Shown here one piece after another: positions 29,377-38,816 of a DNA stretch of 64,000 nt. Under the pieces are notes generated by a model. That model had not been told where the DNA came from. It did not search any database and was given only the letters and a program-made list of their open reading frames with translations. The DNA comes from an uncultured virus (IMG/VR IMGVR_UViG_2599185107_000001) (Duplodnaviria; Heunggongvirae; Uroviricota; Caudoviricetes): positions 1 to 64,000 of the IMG/VR virus record IMGVR_UViG_2599185107_000001; one strand, 5' to 3'. The translations under genes and the position numbers were made by a program. Position 1 is the stretch's first letter, and each line of letters starts with the position of its first letter.

Positions 29377-29901
29377 CGCCAATCCCTGCGCAGCCGCTCG
29401 AAGCTGCGCCAACGTCCCGCTATTGACCACGGTGTGGTCCACCAGCCAGGACGGCAGGGGGCGTTCACTTGCATGGTCTGCGACTGAGGCGACGCCTGGT
29501 CGATCCACGACGACAACGCTGCCGCCAAGCTCTCGCACCAGCATCGCTTCGTTCTCGAAGCGCACGTCAGGAATGACGACACCAGCAGCGCCGCCAGCGC
29601 GGGCCTCCTCGACGCGACGTGCGGCGACTTTCAGCCAAAGGCTCTCGTCGATCATCTCTCGACCCCATTCGGTGCCGATGGTCTGCATGAGGCGACGAGG
29701 GGAAGTACCGCCCAGCCAGTCCAGCGGTGCTTCCTTCAGAGGGCCTGCGGTCAGTTCCTCCATGCTCAGACCGGTGATATCCGACACAAAGCGGCGCAGC
29801 GGTTCGGCTAAGGCGATGCGGATGAAGCCTTGCTCGACGAGAAAGCCAGCGAGGGTGTCCTTGCCAGAGCCAGCTTTGCCTGAGATGCCGACGATCTTCA
29901 T
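29371..29901 (-). CDS. dNMP kinase
   Basis: GISGKAGSGKDT, RRLMQTIGTEWGR, IPDVRFENE, HASE. Confidence 0.92.
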   Translation of the reverse strand: MKIVGISGKAGSGKDTLAGFLVEQGFIRIALAEPLRRFVSDITGLSMEELTAGPLKEAPLDWLGGTSPRRLMQTIGTEWGREMIDESLWLKVAARRVEEARAGGAAGVVIPDVRFENEAMLVRELGGSVVVVDRPGVASVADHASERPLPSWLVDHTVVNSGTLAQLRAAAQGLAN

Positions 29902-30107
29902 CGGACCACCTGCAGGGAACAGAGGTATCTGGCTCAAGATGCCCAACCCGCAATCAGCCAACACCAGCACATGGCGGGTGCGAGGATGTTGAACAGCTTT
30001 ACTTTCACTTGCCGCCCGAGGCCAAGAGCGACGAAGGCCCAAAACACAGTCCAGCCCAGCGTGAAGTAGGCCACGCCGAACCACGCGACGATGGTTAGAA
30101 ACAGCAT
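29898..30107 (-). pseudogene. Membrane protein gene with probable internal TGA (29934-29936)
   Basis: ...GWAS*ARYLCSLQVVR*; the second stop forms an ATGA overlap with the kinase start. Confidence 0.5.
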
Positions 30108-30919
30108 TACGGTTCCCAAAGATTCACCTTGTTTGTTTTGTAGTTGAGGTCACCGTGGCGGAGGATTCGCGCCAGGCGTGCTTGGACGAGGGCGTCATCT
30201 GCCGTCAGTCCCTTCTTTTTGTAGATAGCAACCACGGCCGCCCACAGGGCCGCCAGGTGCTCCTCTGGGGAGCCGTCGCGGTACGCCTCGTGGACGGGCA
30301 TCAGGGCCTCGTCTGCGCGCTTGGCACCGATGCCAGGGCACCCGGTGTAGTTGTCGGTGGTGTCGCCCATCAGGGCTTGCTTCATCCAGAACAGGTCGGC
30401 GTCGTATCGATCGATCGATCGCACGCCGAGGTCCGGCTTGTTGGGGTTATAGAGCCGGCAAGGAATTGTCTGCAAGTCCTTGTCGATGGATACGACGATG
30501 CGCGGGCCAGGACACCGCTTGGGACTTGGATGCGTCGCCAGGGTTCCGAGGATGTCGTCGCCCTCCAGCGAGTGGCGCTTGACGATCTTGTCGGCATACT
30601 CCTCGTGGATGAATTCGTCGAGGGCGTGCCACAGGAACGGCTTGGCCTTCTGGTGGCGAGCCTGCTTGTAGGTCGGCTCGATGTCCTTGCGGAAGTTGTG
30701 TTCCGGGCAGGACAGTGGGAGGACGAAGTCGGCGGCGTCGAACTTCTCGACCATCTCCGCGATGTACTCGGCAATCTCGACCTTGGCCTTCTCGGGCTGG
30801 TAGACCTCCATGGTCTCGCGGTCGTCGTCCCAGTCGATGCTCTTGGTGTTCTTGAAGGCCATGTAGTACCGCAGCACGTCCGCGTCAATCAGCAGGACGG
30901 GTCGCTGGCGCTTGCTCAA
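30107..30919 (-). CDS. 5'-3' exonuclease (gp6-like)
   Basis: LLIDAD, LEGDDILG, SIDKDL, GDTTDNYTGCPGIG, QARLARIL. Confidence 0.95.
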   Translation of the reverse strand: MSKRQRPVLLIDADVLRYYMAFKNTKSIDWDDDRETMEVYQPEKAKVEIAEYIAEMVEKFDAADFVLPLSCPEHNFRKDIEPTYKQARHQKAKPFLWHALDEFIHEEYADKIVKRHSLEGDDILGTLATHPSPKRCPGPRIVVSIDKDLQTIPCRLYNPNKPDLGVRSIDRYDADLFWMKQALMGDTTDNYTGCPGIGAKRADEALMPVHEAYRDGSPEEHLAALWAAVVAIYKKKGLTADDALVQARLARILRHGDLNYKTNKVNLWEP

Positions 30920-31140
30920 GCCAGGTCCTCGTGGATCGCCACGACGCAGTTCCGGCCAATTTGGCGGATGACGTAGTTGTGGACCTTTGCCTCCATGGTG
31001 TACTCGATCATGCTGTTCGGACGAAACACGTGCTCCGGCAGCTCGGCCACGCGGAAGTACGAGAGGCCGCGCTCCACTCGGCGCTTGTCGCCATCCGCCG
31101 GGCCACCGATGAAGTGGACCAGTTGTGGTTTGTCATTCAC
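30916..31140 (-). CDS. Hypothetical protein
   Basis: FIGGPADG motif; coupled ORF. Confidence 0.6.
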   Translation of the reverse strand: MNDKPQLVHFIGGPADGDKRRVERGLSYFRVAELPEHVFRPNSMIEYTMEAKVHNYVIRQIGRNCVVAIHEDLA

Positions 31141-31358
31141 CGTGGCAACTCCTTGTGCGTGACTTTGATAAGCAGCTGGTCGGCTGCGAGGTCGTAACAA
31201 GTGCGGATGGACGGCTCCAGCTCCCTAACTGCTTGGTCTACGGCTACGCGCAGTGCGGGCTTGATCTGTTCAATCAGTTCCGCTTCCAGGTTCTTTCGGA
31301 CCATCTCAGTGAACGCTCGAAAGAGCATGTCGCCCTGCTGGATTGCGTTGACGTTCAT
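31137..31358 (-). CDS. Hypothetical protein
   Basis: 73-aa coupled ORF. Confidence 0.6.
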   Translation of the reverse strand: MNVNAIQQGDMLFRAFTEMVRKNLEAELIEQIKPALRVAVDQAVRELEPSIRTCYDLAADQLLIKVTHKELPR

Positions 31359-31609
31359 CGCTTGCCCTCCTGAAGGCGCTTGATGGATTCCTTGTCGGCG
31401 TTGCAGCGCGCAAGGGCGTCCTCGGCGTTGCCGCCGAAGTGGTAGAGGTCGTATGTCTCGGAAGCCGGGTCGGCCATCAACGCGTCAAGGGAGCTGTGCT
31501 TGCCCTCGACCAGGCATGGCTGGAGATACGGTTCGATCAGCGAAGTGCGCGTTGCGCAGCTCGTCAGGAATGCGCTGGTGCAGATAGCCAGCAACAACAG
31601 GGTTTTCAT
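31355..31609 (-). CDS. o-spanin (Rz1-like lipoprotein)
   Basis: MKTLLLLAICTSAFLTSC lipobox; LARCNADKESI; overlaps the i-spanin in another frame. Confidence 0.78.
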   Translation of the reverse strand: MKTLLLLAICTSAFLTSCATRTSLIEPYLQPCLVEGKHSSLDALMADPASETYDLYHFGGNAEDALARCNADKESIKRLQEGKR

Positions 31610-31865
31610 TTGCGGCGGTCTCCACGGAACGGTTGCGCTCGGCGCGCAAGTCCCGGATTGCTTTGTCGAAAGAGGCACGGCGAACGGCCTCCTGCTGGAG
31701 GTTCGCCACGGATTTTTTGAGGTCGTCGTAATCACGCGAAGTCGCTTCGAGCGACTCAACACGCTTCGCCATGTGGCCGTAGGACCACAGACCGAATACC
31801 CCTCCGCCGAGGGCGGCCAGGATCAGCAGACCGGCGAGAGTCTGGAGAATCTGCTTGGGGGTCAT
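31485..31865 (-). CDS. i-spanin (Rz-like)
   Basis: N-terminal TM, coiled coil, C-terminal YLHQRIPDELR. Confidence 0.78.
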   Translation of the reverse strand: MTPKQILQTLAGLLILAALGGGVFGLWSYGHMAKRVESLEATSRDYDDLKKSVANLQQEAVRRASFDKAIRDLRAERNRSVETAANENPVVAGYLHQRIPDELRNAHFADRTVSPAMPGRGQAQLP

Positions 31866-32017
31866 TCAACGTCTTGGGAGATTTCCAAGGCGTAGTCATA
31901 GCCGTCCCAGTTATCCACGCCGGCTGCACGAAGGGCACTCAGAAACTCTTCGTCCTCTAGCAGTTCGACATATCGGGCACGGGTGATGGTCACCGTCTCG
32001 GTGTTCGTGTCGTTCAT
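31862..32017 (-). CDS. Small acidic protein, putative RecBCD inhibitor (gp5.9 position)
   Basis: VTITRARY...FLSALRAAGVDNWDGYDYA. Confidence 0.6.
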   Translation of the reverse strand: MNDTNTETVTITRARYVELLEDEEFLSALRAAGVDNWDGYDYALEISQDVE

Positions 32018-32340
32018 GTGTTCTCCTGAACCCAGCAAGCCACCTGCAGAAGCTCTGCGGTAGAAGCGTCGGATTTAATTTGGTTGGCCCTGCTGGAGAT
32101 AACGCGGACGTTGCCGCGCACGTAACCCAGCTCAGGCGTGATGCGATCCAGCGTCGGGGAGTTAGGTCCCTGCGCCTTCAGTCCGACAGAGCGGAACAGC
32201 GGAATTCCCAAGGCGGGACAGAAGTTTGGAATCTTGATGTCGTACCTTTCTAAGTCGAAAGGGAGACCGCGCTTCTGTGCCCGCCTACGGGCACTGCGAA
32301 GGAGCACACCTACCGGATCGGAGGTGCGTGGTTTGGTCAG
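32014..32340 (-). CDS. HNH-type endonuclease
   Basis: CPALGI, PTLDRITPELGYVRGNVRVISSRANQIK; start uncertain. Confidence 0.75.
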   Translation of the reverse strand: MTKPRTSDPVGVLLRSARRRAQKRGLPFDLERYDIKIPNFCPALGIPLFRSVGLKAQGPNSPTLDRITPELGYVRGNVRVISSRANQIKSDASTAELLQVACWVQENT

Positions 32341-34250
32341 TGGGTTTCTGCCCAGTTGTTGCCGATTTTGTATTCGCCATCGAGCTGACAGCGGAAGCCG
32401 AAGTAGTCACCCGCGGCGCGGATAGATGCCACCGCGGTCTGGCCGACGAATTCGGCATGCTGCTCGTCAACCTCAATCTGCCATTCATCGTGGATGTTGC
32501 CGACGAACTCATAGTTCACTCCCGGAACCAGGCCTGCCTCCTGAAGCTTCTGGTCGAGGATGTGCAGGCCCTTCTTCATGACAAGGGCGCCGGCCGACTG
32601 CAGCAGCGTGTTGAGTGCTGCGTGGTCGCTGCGAATGTGCAGCTTCCGGCCGTCTAGGCCGATCAGGTAGCCCTTGTCCTTGGCGCGTTTCTTGACGCCC
32701 TTGACGAGCTTTGCGAGCGCCGGAAGACCCTGTAGGAATTTCTCCTTGAGAACCTTGCCGTGCTTGCGCCCCTTGCCGATGATCGATCCGATCTTCTCGT
32801 CGCCTGCTCCATAGAGGAAGGCGTAGATGAAGGTCTTTGCGTTGTCGCGGGAAGGGAGGCCAGCTGCATTCTGGTTGACTGCGTGGATGTCGCCCTCCAG
32901 CAAGACTCGGGCGTAGTCGCCACCATCGAACGCGGCCATGAAGTGCGCCAGACAGCGTAGCTCCAGGCCCGATGCGTCAGCGCCCACCAGCTTCTTGCCC
33001 TTCGGCACGGTGAACAGCTCGCGGCACTCATAGCCCCAGCCGCCCGCCTCGCCGAAGAGAATCCCTTCCTTGCCCTTTTGGACTTTGGGGACCTGGGCCA
33101 TGTTCGGCCCCGAGTGCGTCATGCGTCCGGTGACCGCAGCGTTCTGATTCACTCGGCCGTGGATGCGTCCATCCTTCTTAACCTGGGTGATCCAGGCTTC
33201 GGACTTCTTCTTCGACTTGCTCGGGGTACCGTCCTTCTTGAGCTTCGGCGGAGGCTCGGAGAGTTGCCCTGCGCGCTTCGCCACCGTCAGGTAGCGCAAC
33301 AGCATGGGAATCTCGGGGTACTTTAGGTGCGCAAGGGTCTCTTCGTCGATCTTCGGGCGACCCTCAGGCGTAAATACCGTGGGCTTCCATCCGTGGAGTG
33401 CCTTTAGGCGCTTTGCGATGTGATCGCGAGAGCCCGCATTGAAGACATACGACTTGAACTTTTCGTGCGGCACGCCTTTGACGTAGCCGAGCTTTGCGTT
33501 GTTGACCTTCGGGACGAACATGCCGAGGCTCTCGCGCCACGGCTGGAACACGCGGGTCAGCTCGTCAGTGAGTTTGGCCTTGGTGACCATGAACTCGCGT
33601 TGCAGCTTGTCGGCCTTCTTTTGGTCGAACAGAAAGCCATAGGAAGTCTGGCGCTGGAGTATCGGTGCGATGCCATGCTCCAGGTCAATCGCTTCTTGTG
33701 ACAGCCCCTTGGTCATCTGCAGGGCGAATAGCTTTTGCGTGACGCGCACGTCCTGGTCGCAGTAGTCGTCCATCTCCTGGTTCCATGCTGCCCAGGGATC
33801 GAGTCCCCTGGACTTCATGACTTCGGAGTAGTCGCCTTTCCATTCGCCAAGGCGGTAGCCCCAGGCTTCCAGCGCGTGCCTTCCCACAAACTGTCCCGGC
33901 AGCTTCCCAGGCGACTTCTTGATGGCAGCGAAGTCGCGGTCGCGCAGGTCCGGCCATAGCAGAGTGGACAACAGCATCGTGTCCAGTGCCCGCTTAACCT
34001 TGAAGTCCGGGTACAGCTTGCGGATGGCGGGCACGTCGAAGTTGACGATGTTGTGGCCAACTACGGCATCCGCGCCCCGAAGCATCTCCAGTGCCTGCTC
34101 GATGGTCAGCTCTCCGTTTACGCGGTTGGCTGACAGCACTGCGCCCACGGGCACTCCCTCAGGGGTTACTTCCTGGAGGGAGATGCAGTGGATGGTGGTG
34201 AGTTCGTCGAGTAGGCCGTTGGTCTCAATGTCAAAGACGAGCCAGGCCAT
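32337..34250 (-). CDS. DNA polymerase family A (gp5-like)
   Basis: FDIETNG, DASGLELR, AKTFIYAFLYG, IHDEWQ. Confidence 0.97.
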   Translation of the reverse strand: MAWLVFDIETNGLLDELTTIHCISLQEVTPEGVPVGAVLSANRVNGELTIEQALEMLRGADAVVGHNIVNFDVPAIRKLYPDFKVKRALDTMLLSTLLWPDLRDRDFAAIKKSPGKLPGQFVGRHALEAWGYRLGEWKGDYSEVMKSRGLDPWAAWNQEMDDYCDQDVRVTQKLFALQMTKGLSQEAIDLEHGIAPILQRQTSYGFLFDQKKADKLQREFMVTKAKLTDELTRVFQPWRESLGMFVPKVNNAKLGYVKGVPHEKFKSYVFNAGSRDHIAKRLKALHGWKPTVFTPEGRPKIDEETLAHLKYPEIPMLLRYLTVAKRAGQLSEPPPKLKKDGTPSKSKKKSEAWITQVKKDGRIHGRVNQNAAVTGRMTHSGPNMAQVPKVQKGKEGILFGEAGGWGYECRELFTVPKGKKLVGADASGLELRCLAHFMAAFDGGDYARVLLEGDIHAVNQNAAGLPSRDNAKTFIYAFLYGAGDEKIGSIIGKGRKHGKVLKEKFLQGLPALAKLVKGVKKRAKDKGYLIGLDGRKLHIRSDHAALNTLLQSAGALVMKKGLHILDQKLQEAGLVPGVNYEFVGNIHDEWQIEVDEQHAEFVGQTAVASIRAAGDYFGFRCQLDGEYKIGNNWAETH

Positions 34251-34851
34251 CGGAGCCTACACCTCGTGCAGCCTTGGGGTAGCTTTTGAGGAGCTGCTTG
34301 ACGCGCTCGAAACTTGGCAGGGGAACATCATTCGGCTGCTTGGTGAGGTCTTCATCGAGACTTAATTCGAGGCGGTAGCCGTAGTCCTTGTAGCGATGCA
34401 TCCGAGCATAAGTACGCTCGTCGCCGTTGTTGTTCATCACAACGAGACGCTTCGCCTCGGCGTCGGCAGCAGCTTCAGGGTGCGCTGAAGCTGTCGGGAG
34501 GTCGTATTCCAGCCACGCCACGAACATGCAGCAGCGGAAGTCGAATGCATCTCGGTGCCCTTGAGGTGTGTCGAAATGAAAGCCGACCAAGTTGAATAGG
34601 CGGCCGGTGCTTAGGTCGTGGAACTGTGAGGTGCCGTTGGGTGCCGCCAGCTCCATGTACCGGTTGCCCTGCTCCGAGAATGCAGCGAAGGCAACGAGGT
34701 AGTCCTGATAAGAACGGAAGAACAGGTCGTAGTCTTTGGCGGCGGTGCCGTCAAAGAACGACCGCAGGGCGCCACCACCGAGGATGGAGACGATGCGCGC
34801 TGCGGCCGGCATGTCCAGAAAGATTGCCTTGATGTAGGCGCCGTAGGTCAT
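34231..34851 (-). CDS. Nucleotidyltransferase-like protein
   Basis: GGGALR...KDYDLFF and FDF motifs of the CCA/polyA-polymerase head. Confidence 0.72.
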   Translation of the reverse strand: MTYGAYIKAIFLDMPAAARIVSILGGGALRSFFDGTAAKDYDLFFRSYQDYLVAFAAFSEQGNRYMELAAPNGTSQFHDLSTGRLFNLVGFHFDTPQGHRDAFDFRCCMFVAWLEYDLPTASAHPEAAADAEAKRLVVMNNNGDERTYARMHRYKDYGYRLELSLDEDLTKQPNDVPLPSFERVKQLLKSYPKAARGVGSDGLARL

Positions 34852-35093
34852 TCGATGATGGCCTTGATGCGGCTGGCGACGCGACCAGCACGTAGAGCGC
34901 GCGAGCGGTGGCCCACGGCTTCCTGTACCAACTTGGCAGCCTTCGCTTCTGCGATTGCAGCGCGGTCGCGCAGCTTCCCTTCGGCTGCATCCAGTTTGCC
35001 CAGGGTGCGGTCCAGGTCGGCGACGATGGCTTCAACGCTTGGGGCTGGGGTCAGGAAAGCGTGGATCGCCAGCAGTGCGGTCTTGAGGGTCAT
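34848..35093 (-). CDS. Small coiled-coil protein
   Basis: MTLKTALL... with AAGGA RBS. Confidence 0.65.
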   Translation of the reverse strand: MTLKTALLAIHAFLTPAPSVEAIVADLDRTLGKLDAAEGKLRDRAAIAEAKAAKLVQEAVGHRSRALRAGRVASRIKAIIE

Positions 35094-35124
35094 GTTGTTT
35101 TCCTTGAGTGAGGTGAGGTGCAGC

Positions 35125-36759
35125 TCAGTAGCCGCTTGGCGTGTCGTCGAAGCTCTCGTCATCGCCGTCCGCGTATGGGTCGGCGCACGGCACGAGGCGG
35201 CCGGTCTGTTCGTCGTAGCGGAGGTAGATGCACTTGCCCGCGGCCTGGCCGGTGTAGCGGTCCTTGAGCACGCGGAGAGTCGTTGTGGTTCGGACGGAGA
35301 TGTCTGCCGCCTGTTGATCGCGCTCCAGACCGAACATGAAGTGCGACCAGAAGCCAATGGCGCGACTACCCTTGAACTGACGGATGGTCACGCGCCCACC
35401 TTCCTCGTGCGGCGAACCCTTCTCGGGGGTCGTGAGGTGGGAGATGAAATAGATGCAGACGTTCAGCTCCATCGCCAACTTGGCGAGTGCAGCCATCACC
35501 TGTTCCAGCACTTTCTTCTCGTCGTCGGCGTCGGCTGCGAGTGCAGTGAGGTGGTCCAGGAAGATGTGCTTGACGCCGTCAGCGACGGCCATGTGGCGCA
35601 TCTTTGAAGCGATTACTTCCCAGTCGGTGGTGCCGAAGTGGTCGTAAAGAACGACGTTGCCCGTGCTGTCCAGGATATCGAACGCGTCTTCTAATTCCTG
35701 TTGCGTCCAGCCTGCATCAGGCACATGGAAGCGGCGCGAGGCATATTTTCCGGCCAGGCGCTTCGCGGTCTCCGCGGGCGGCTGCTCCAGCTTGAGGACG
35801 CCGCACTTCTCGTTGCAGGTGGTCGCCGTAAACACGATGATTTCGTCGAACACATCGGACTTGCCCATGCCCGTGCCGGCGCCCAGGCCGTAGATTTCGC
35901 CGTAGCGCCGGCCAAGGGTGTAGTCGGTCAATTCGGGCCACGGCCAGGGCATCCCGATGACAACGGGAGCTAGCGCCTTCTCGCGCACAGAGCCGAAGGT
36001 CACGATGCCGTCTGGACGAACCGTCTGGGCTTCGTAGATGCACGAGACGATGGCCTCGCCGTTACCGGCCTGGAGCATCGCGTTGGGGTCTTTCAGCGGC
36101 AGCTGTGCGATGCGTGCCTTGCCCGGCGAAAGGATTCCAGCGACCTCCTGAGCGGCGGCCTGGCCTGGTTCATCCATGTCGAACATGATGACCACTTCGT
36201 CAAACTTCTCGACCCACTCAAGCTCACGCTTGATGGCCTTCGCCGCGCCCTGTGCGCCGTTTGGAACCGACACTACGGGCCACTTCAGGCCGAGCACTTG
36301 AGCGACGCTTAGGCAGTCCACTTCACCTTCGGTGATGACCAGGCGCCGCGTGGGTTGCCAAAGGTGCTGGCCGAACAGGCCTGCTTCCTTGGTGTCGCCA
36401 ATGAAGGCGAATTTCTTATCTTTGAACCGGAGCTTCTGTGCGACGGTGCGCCCGTCGCGGCGATAGTTGGCGATCTGGCAGGTTTTGCCGTCCTTGTTCT
36501 TGCCTACCCAGTAGGAGAACTTTCGACAGGTTTCTTCCTGCAGACCGCGAGCGGCCAGAGCTGAGGCTTCGCCCTGGGCAAAGTCGTCGGACATGCGGTG
36601 CCTTGATTGCGTGCGTGTGGCGTCGCCATCTGCCGGCTCGTAGTAGGAGCACCCAAAGCAGAAGCCGTGCCCGTCGTCGTAGCGCGCGAGGTTGTCGCGA
36701 CTGCCACACTTAGGGCACGGCTCTTTAGCAACGAACTGAGACTCAGCGTCGGCTGACAC
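35125..36759 (-). CDS. Primase-helicase (gp4-like)
   Basis: CPKC...CFGC Zn finger, ITEGEVD toprim, GTGMGKS, FLDHL, KGS. Confidence 0.97.
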   Translation of the reverse strand: MSADAESQFVAKEPCPKCGSRDNLARYDDGHGFCFGCSYYEPADGDATRTQSRHRMSDDFAQGEASALAARGLQEETCRKFSYWVGKNKDGKTCQIANYRRDGRTVAQKLRFKDKKFAFIGDTKEAGLFGQHLWQPTRRLVITEGEVDCLSVAQVLGLKWPVVSVPNGAQGAAKAIKRELEWVEKFDEVVIMFDMDEPGQAAAQEVAGILSPGKARIAQLPLKDPNAMLQAGNGEAIVSCIYEAQTVRPDGIVTFGSVREKALAPVVIGMPWPWPELTDYTLGRRYGEIYGLGAGTGMGKSDVFDEIIVFTATTCNEKCGVLKLEQPPAETAKRLAGKYASRRFHVPDAGWTQQELEDAFDILDSTGNVVLYDHFGTTDWEVIASKMRHMAVADGVKHIFLDHLTALAADADDEKKVLEQVMAALAKLAMELNVCIYFISHLTTPEKGSPHEEGGRVTIRQFKGSRAIGFWSHFMFGLERDQQAADISVRTTTTLRVLKDRYTGQAAGKCIYLRYDEQTGRLVPCADPYADGDDESFDDTPSGY

Positions 36760-36912
36760 GCTCGACCGACCACATGGTCTTGCGGCGGGTCACGCCCAGT
36801 TGGCGGTTGGACGCCGAGCGGACCATCGCGTAAGTGCGGTCGCGCTCTTCCTTCGGTACTTCTTGGGTCGCCTTTGCGAAGGCCAGGCGCATTGCGGATT
36901 GGACCTGTTGCA

Positions 36913-37293
36913 TCACTTGGCCTCCTGAAGGAAGCGGCGGAAGTCCTCGGTCTCGGTATCCAGGTCATCACCGCCCAGGCCCAGTTCCTTCGCGCAGTAG
37001 GTGCGGTAAAGGTCGATCAGGCGGTCCAGTAGGAAGCGCGGCTGCTCGGGAGTAGGCGGGTGCAGTGGCGTGCTGCGGCGCTTTTGCGCACGAGTGAAGG
37101 AGTAGCGTGTGTAGGACTGCCCCGTCGCGTCTTCGCAACGCTCCTTACGGATGTCGTAGCCGGCACGATTCAGTTCGGTAATACGCGACGCCAGCCGACG
37201 GACGCGGTAGACGCCCTCGGCCTGCCACGAGGTGATGTGCTGGTTGTTGTAGAGGTGATCGACGATCAGGTTGGCTTGACGGGACAGTTTCAT
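36913..37293 (-). CDS. Helix-turn-helix protein
   Basis: ITSWQA...RLASRITEL..AGYDI. Confidence 0.72.
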   Translation of the reverse strand: MKLSRQANLIVDHLYNNQHITSWQAEGVYRVRRLASRITELNRAGYDIRKERCEDATGQSYTRYSFTRAQKRRSTPLHPPTPEQPRFLLDRLIDLYRTYCAKELGLGGDDLDTETEDFRRFLQEAK

Positions 37294-37295
37294 TG

Positions 37296-37667
37296 CTAGA
37301 TTTCCTGTAGTGGACACACGCGGTCGAACACCGCGGGAAGCCCGTGCTTGAGCACGAGTCGCCGCAGCGCCATGCGCTGTTGCTTGGAGAAGTTGTTGGT
37401 GGGTGTCAGTGCGTCATCCACACCGCCGACCAGGCATGCCTGGATCGATCGATCGTTGGCGCGTGCGGCCAAACAGCCCGGCTCGTCCAAAGAGCGGCCC
37501 TCGAAGACGGCTCCATCTCGCTCGATGACGTAATGGACTGCGATCTTGGAGAAGCCCTGAGAGCGGTGGATGCGCGCCAGTTCGGCGCCAGTGACCGGGT
37601 GGTCCGGCCGCGTCATTGAGGCGGTCACGAACAGCTGGTCAGGGTTGGCCATCTTTTTCAGTCGCAC
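37296..37667 (-). CDS. T7 lysozyme (gp3.5) amidase homologue, catalytically degenerate
   Basis: HYVIERDGAVFEGR, SIQACLVGGVD, NFSKQQ; GTG start with GGAGG RBS. Confidence 0.8.
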   Translation of the reverse strand: MRLKKMANPDQLFVTASMTRPDHPVTGAELARIHRSQGFSKIAVHYVIERDGAVFEGRSLDEPGCLAARANDRSIQACLVGGVDDALTPTNNFSKQQRMALRRLVLKHGLPAVFDRVCPLQEI

Positions 37668-38164
37668 CGGAAGACCTCCCGGATGAACTGAGTGATCTGA
37701 TTGAACAGGCTCTCGCGGGGCGCTTCGTACACCGACAGTGCGGTGTGCGGCTCCTCGCCCGGCTCCTGGAATCGCTTGGTTGCTACGACCGTGGTGATCC
37801 ACTTGTCGTCGCCCCACATGCCGACGTGTGTAATCGCGTCCAGTGGAGCCTTCAGGTAATTGTCGATGTCGCCTTTGGGCGTCAGCAGCTTTGTCGTTTT
37901 CGGTTTGCGGCAGACGAACTCGGCCACAACGATCAATGGAGTGCTTGCTGGAATGCCGCGGCCAGGTATGGCTGGGATGCTCTTGAGGTACTTGCCTGCC
38001 GCTTCCAGCCAGGTCTTGTAGGTCTTCAGGTGATACGTGCCCCAACGCGTGACGCGGGGGCGAGAAGCCGGAACGGGGTCTATGGGGAAAATGAAAGAGG
38101 CGGCCGGAGCCGCCCCTTTCGTGACCTTGGACGAGGGCTTAGTAGTCGCCGTCGTCGCCATCAT
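37658..38164 (-). CDS. rusA: RusA-family Holliday junction resolvase
   Basis: PVPASRPR, GDIDNYLKAPLDA, WGDD; start uncertain. Confidence 0.82.
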   Translation of the reverse strand: MMATTATTKPSSKVTKGAAPAASFIFPIDPVPASRPRVTRWGTYHLKTYKTWLEAAGKYLKSIPAIPGRGIPASTPLIVVAEFVCRKPKTTKLLTPKGDIDNYLKAPLDAITHVGMWGDDKWITTVVATKRFQEPGEEPHTALSVYEAPRESLFNQITQFIREVFRCD

Positions 38165-38816
38165 CTCCGTCGTCGCTGTCGTCGTCGTTCGACTCGTCGG
38201 AGTCGTTGTCATCGTTCGGGCAGTCTGCGCCGTCAGCGATGTCGTCGCCGTCCTCCTCATCGAAGTCGTCGGCCGCGCGGCTGGCGCCGCCGAACTCGAC
38301 CAGCTTGATGATCTGGACGCCGACCATGCGCAGCGAAATACCGAACTTCTTGTCGGACGCGGCGAAGTACGGAATGGCCTCGAAGCTCACCTTGAGGATG
38401 CTGCCGCCACCGACATTCGGCGGGTTCTTCAGCACTTCCTTCTTGGCGTTCACGATGGTCGGGACCATGGTGTAAACCTTGCCGGTCTTCTTCGCCTTGA
38501 CCTTGTGCTTCATCTTGAAGTTGAAGGTCACGCGGCCGGTCTCATCGCCCTCATCGTCCACTTCCGCGGTCCAGAAGTCTGCCAGCGCGGCCTTCTTGTG
38601 CTTCGGGTTTTCGGACTTGAACTGCTCGAACGCTTCGTCGCGGATCGCGGTCAGCTTCTTGATGAATGCCTGGGTGGCGGCATCGGCCTCTTCCATTGCC
38701 AGCTTGGCGGAGAACTCGCCGTCAGCGTTGTACTTGGTGTCCGGGGAGTTCAGGCGCGGCCAGATGGCCGAACCGGCCGGGGACACGTAACGCTTATTCG
38801 CTTTCTTCTGGGTCAT
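38139..38816 (-). CDS. ssDNA-binding protein (gp2.5-like)
   Basis: WPRLNSPD, VGGGS..KV, GISLR..VQIIKLVE; acidic tail ending in an aromatic residue. Confidence 0.93.
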   Translation of the reverse strand: MTQKKANKRYVSPAGSAIWPRLNSPDTKYNADGEFSAKLAMEEADAATQAFIKKLTAIRDEAFEQFKSENPKHKKAALADFWTAEVDDEGDETGRVTFNFKMKHKVKAKKTGKVYTMVPTIVNAKKEVLKNPPNVGGGSILKVSFEAIPYFAASDKKFGISLRMVGVQIIKLVEFGGASRAADDFDEEDGDDIADGADCPNDDNDSDESNDDDSDDGDDGDDGDY

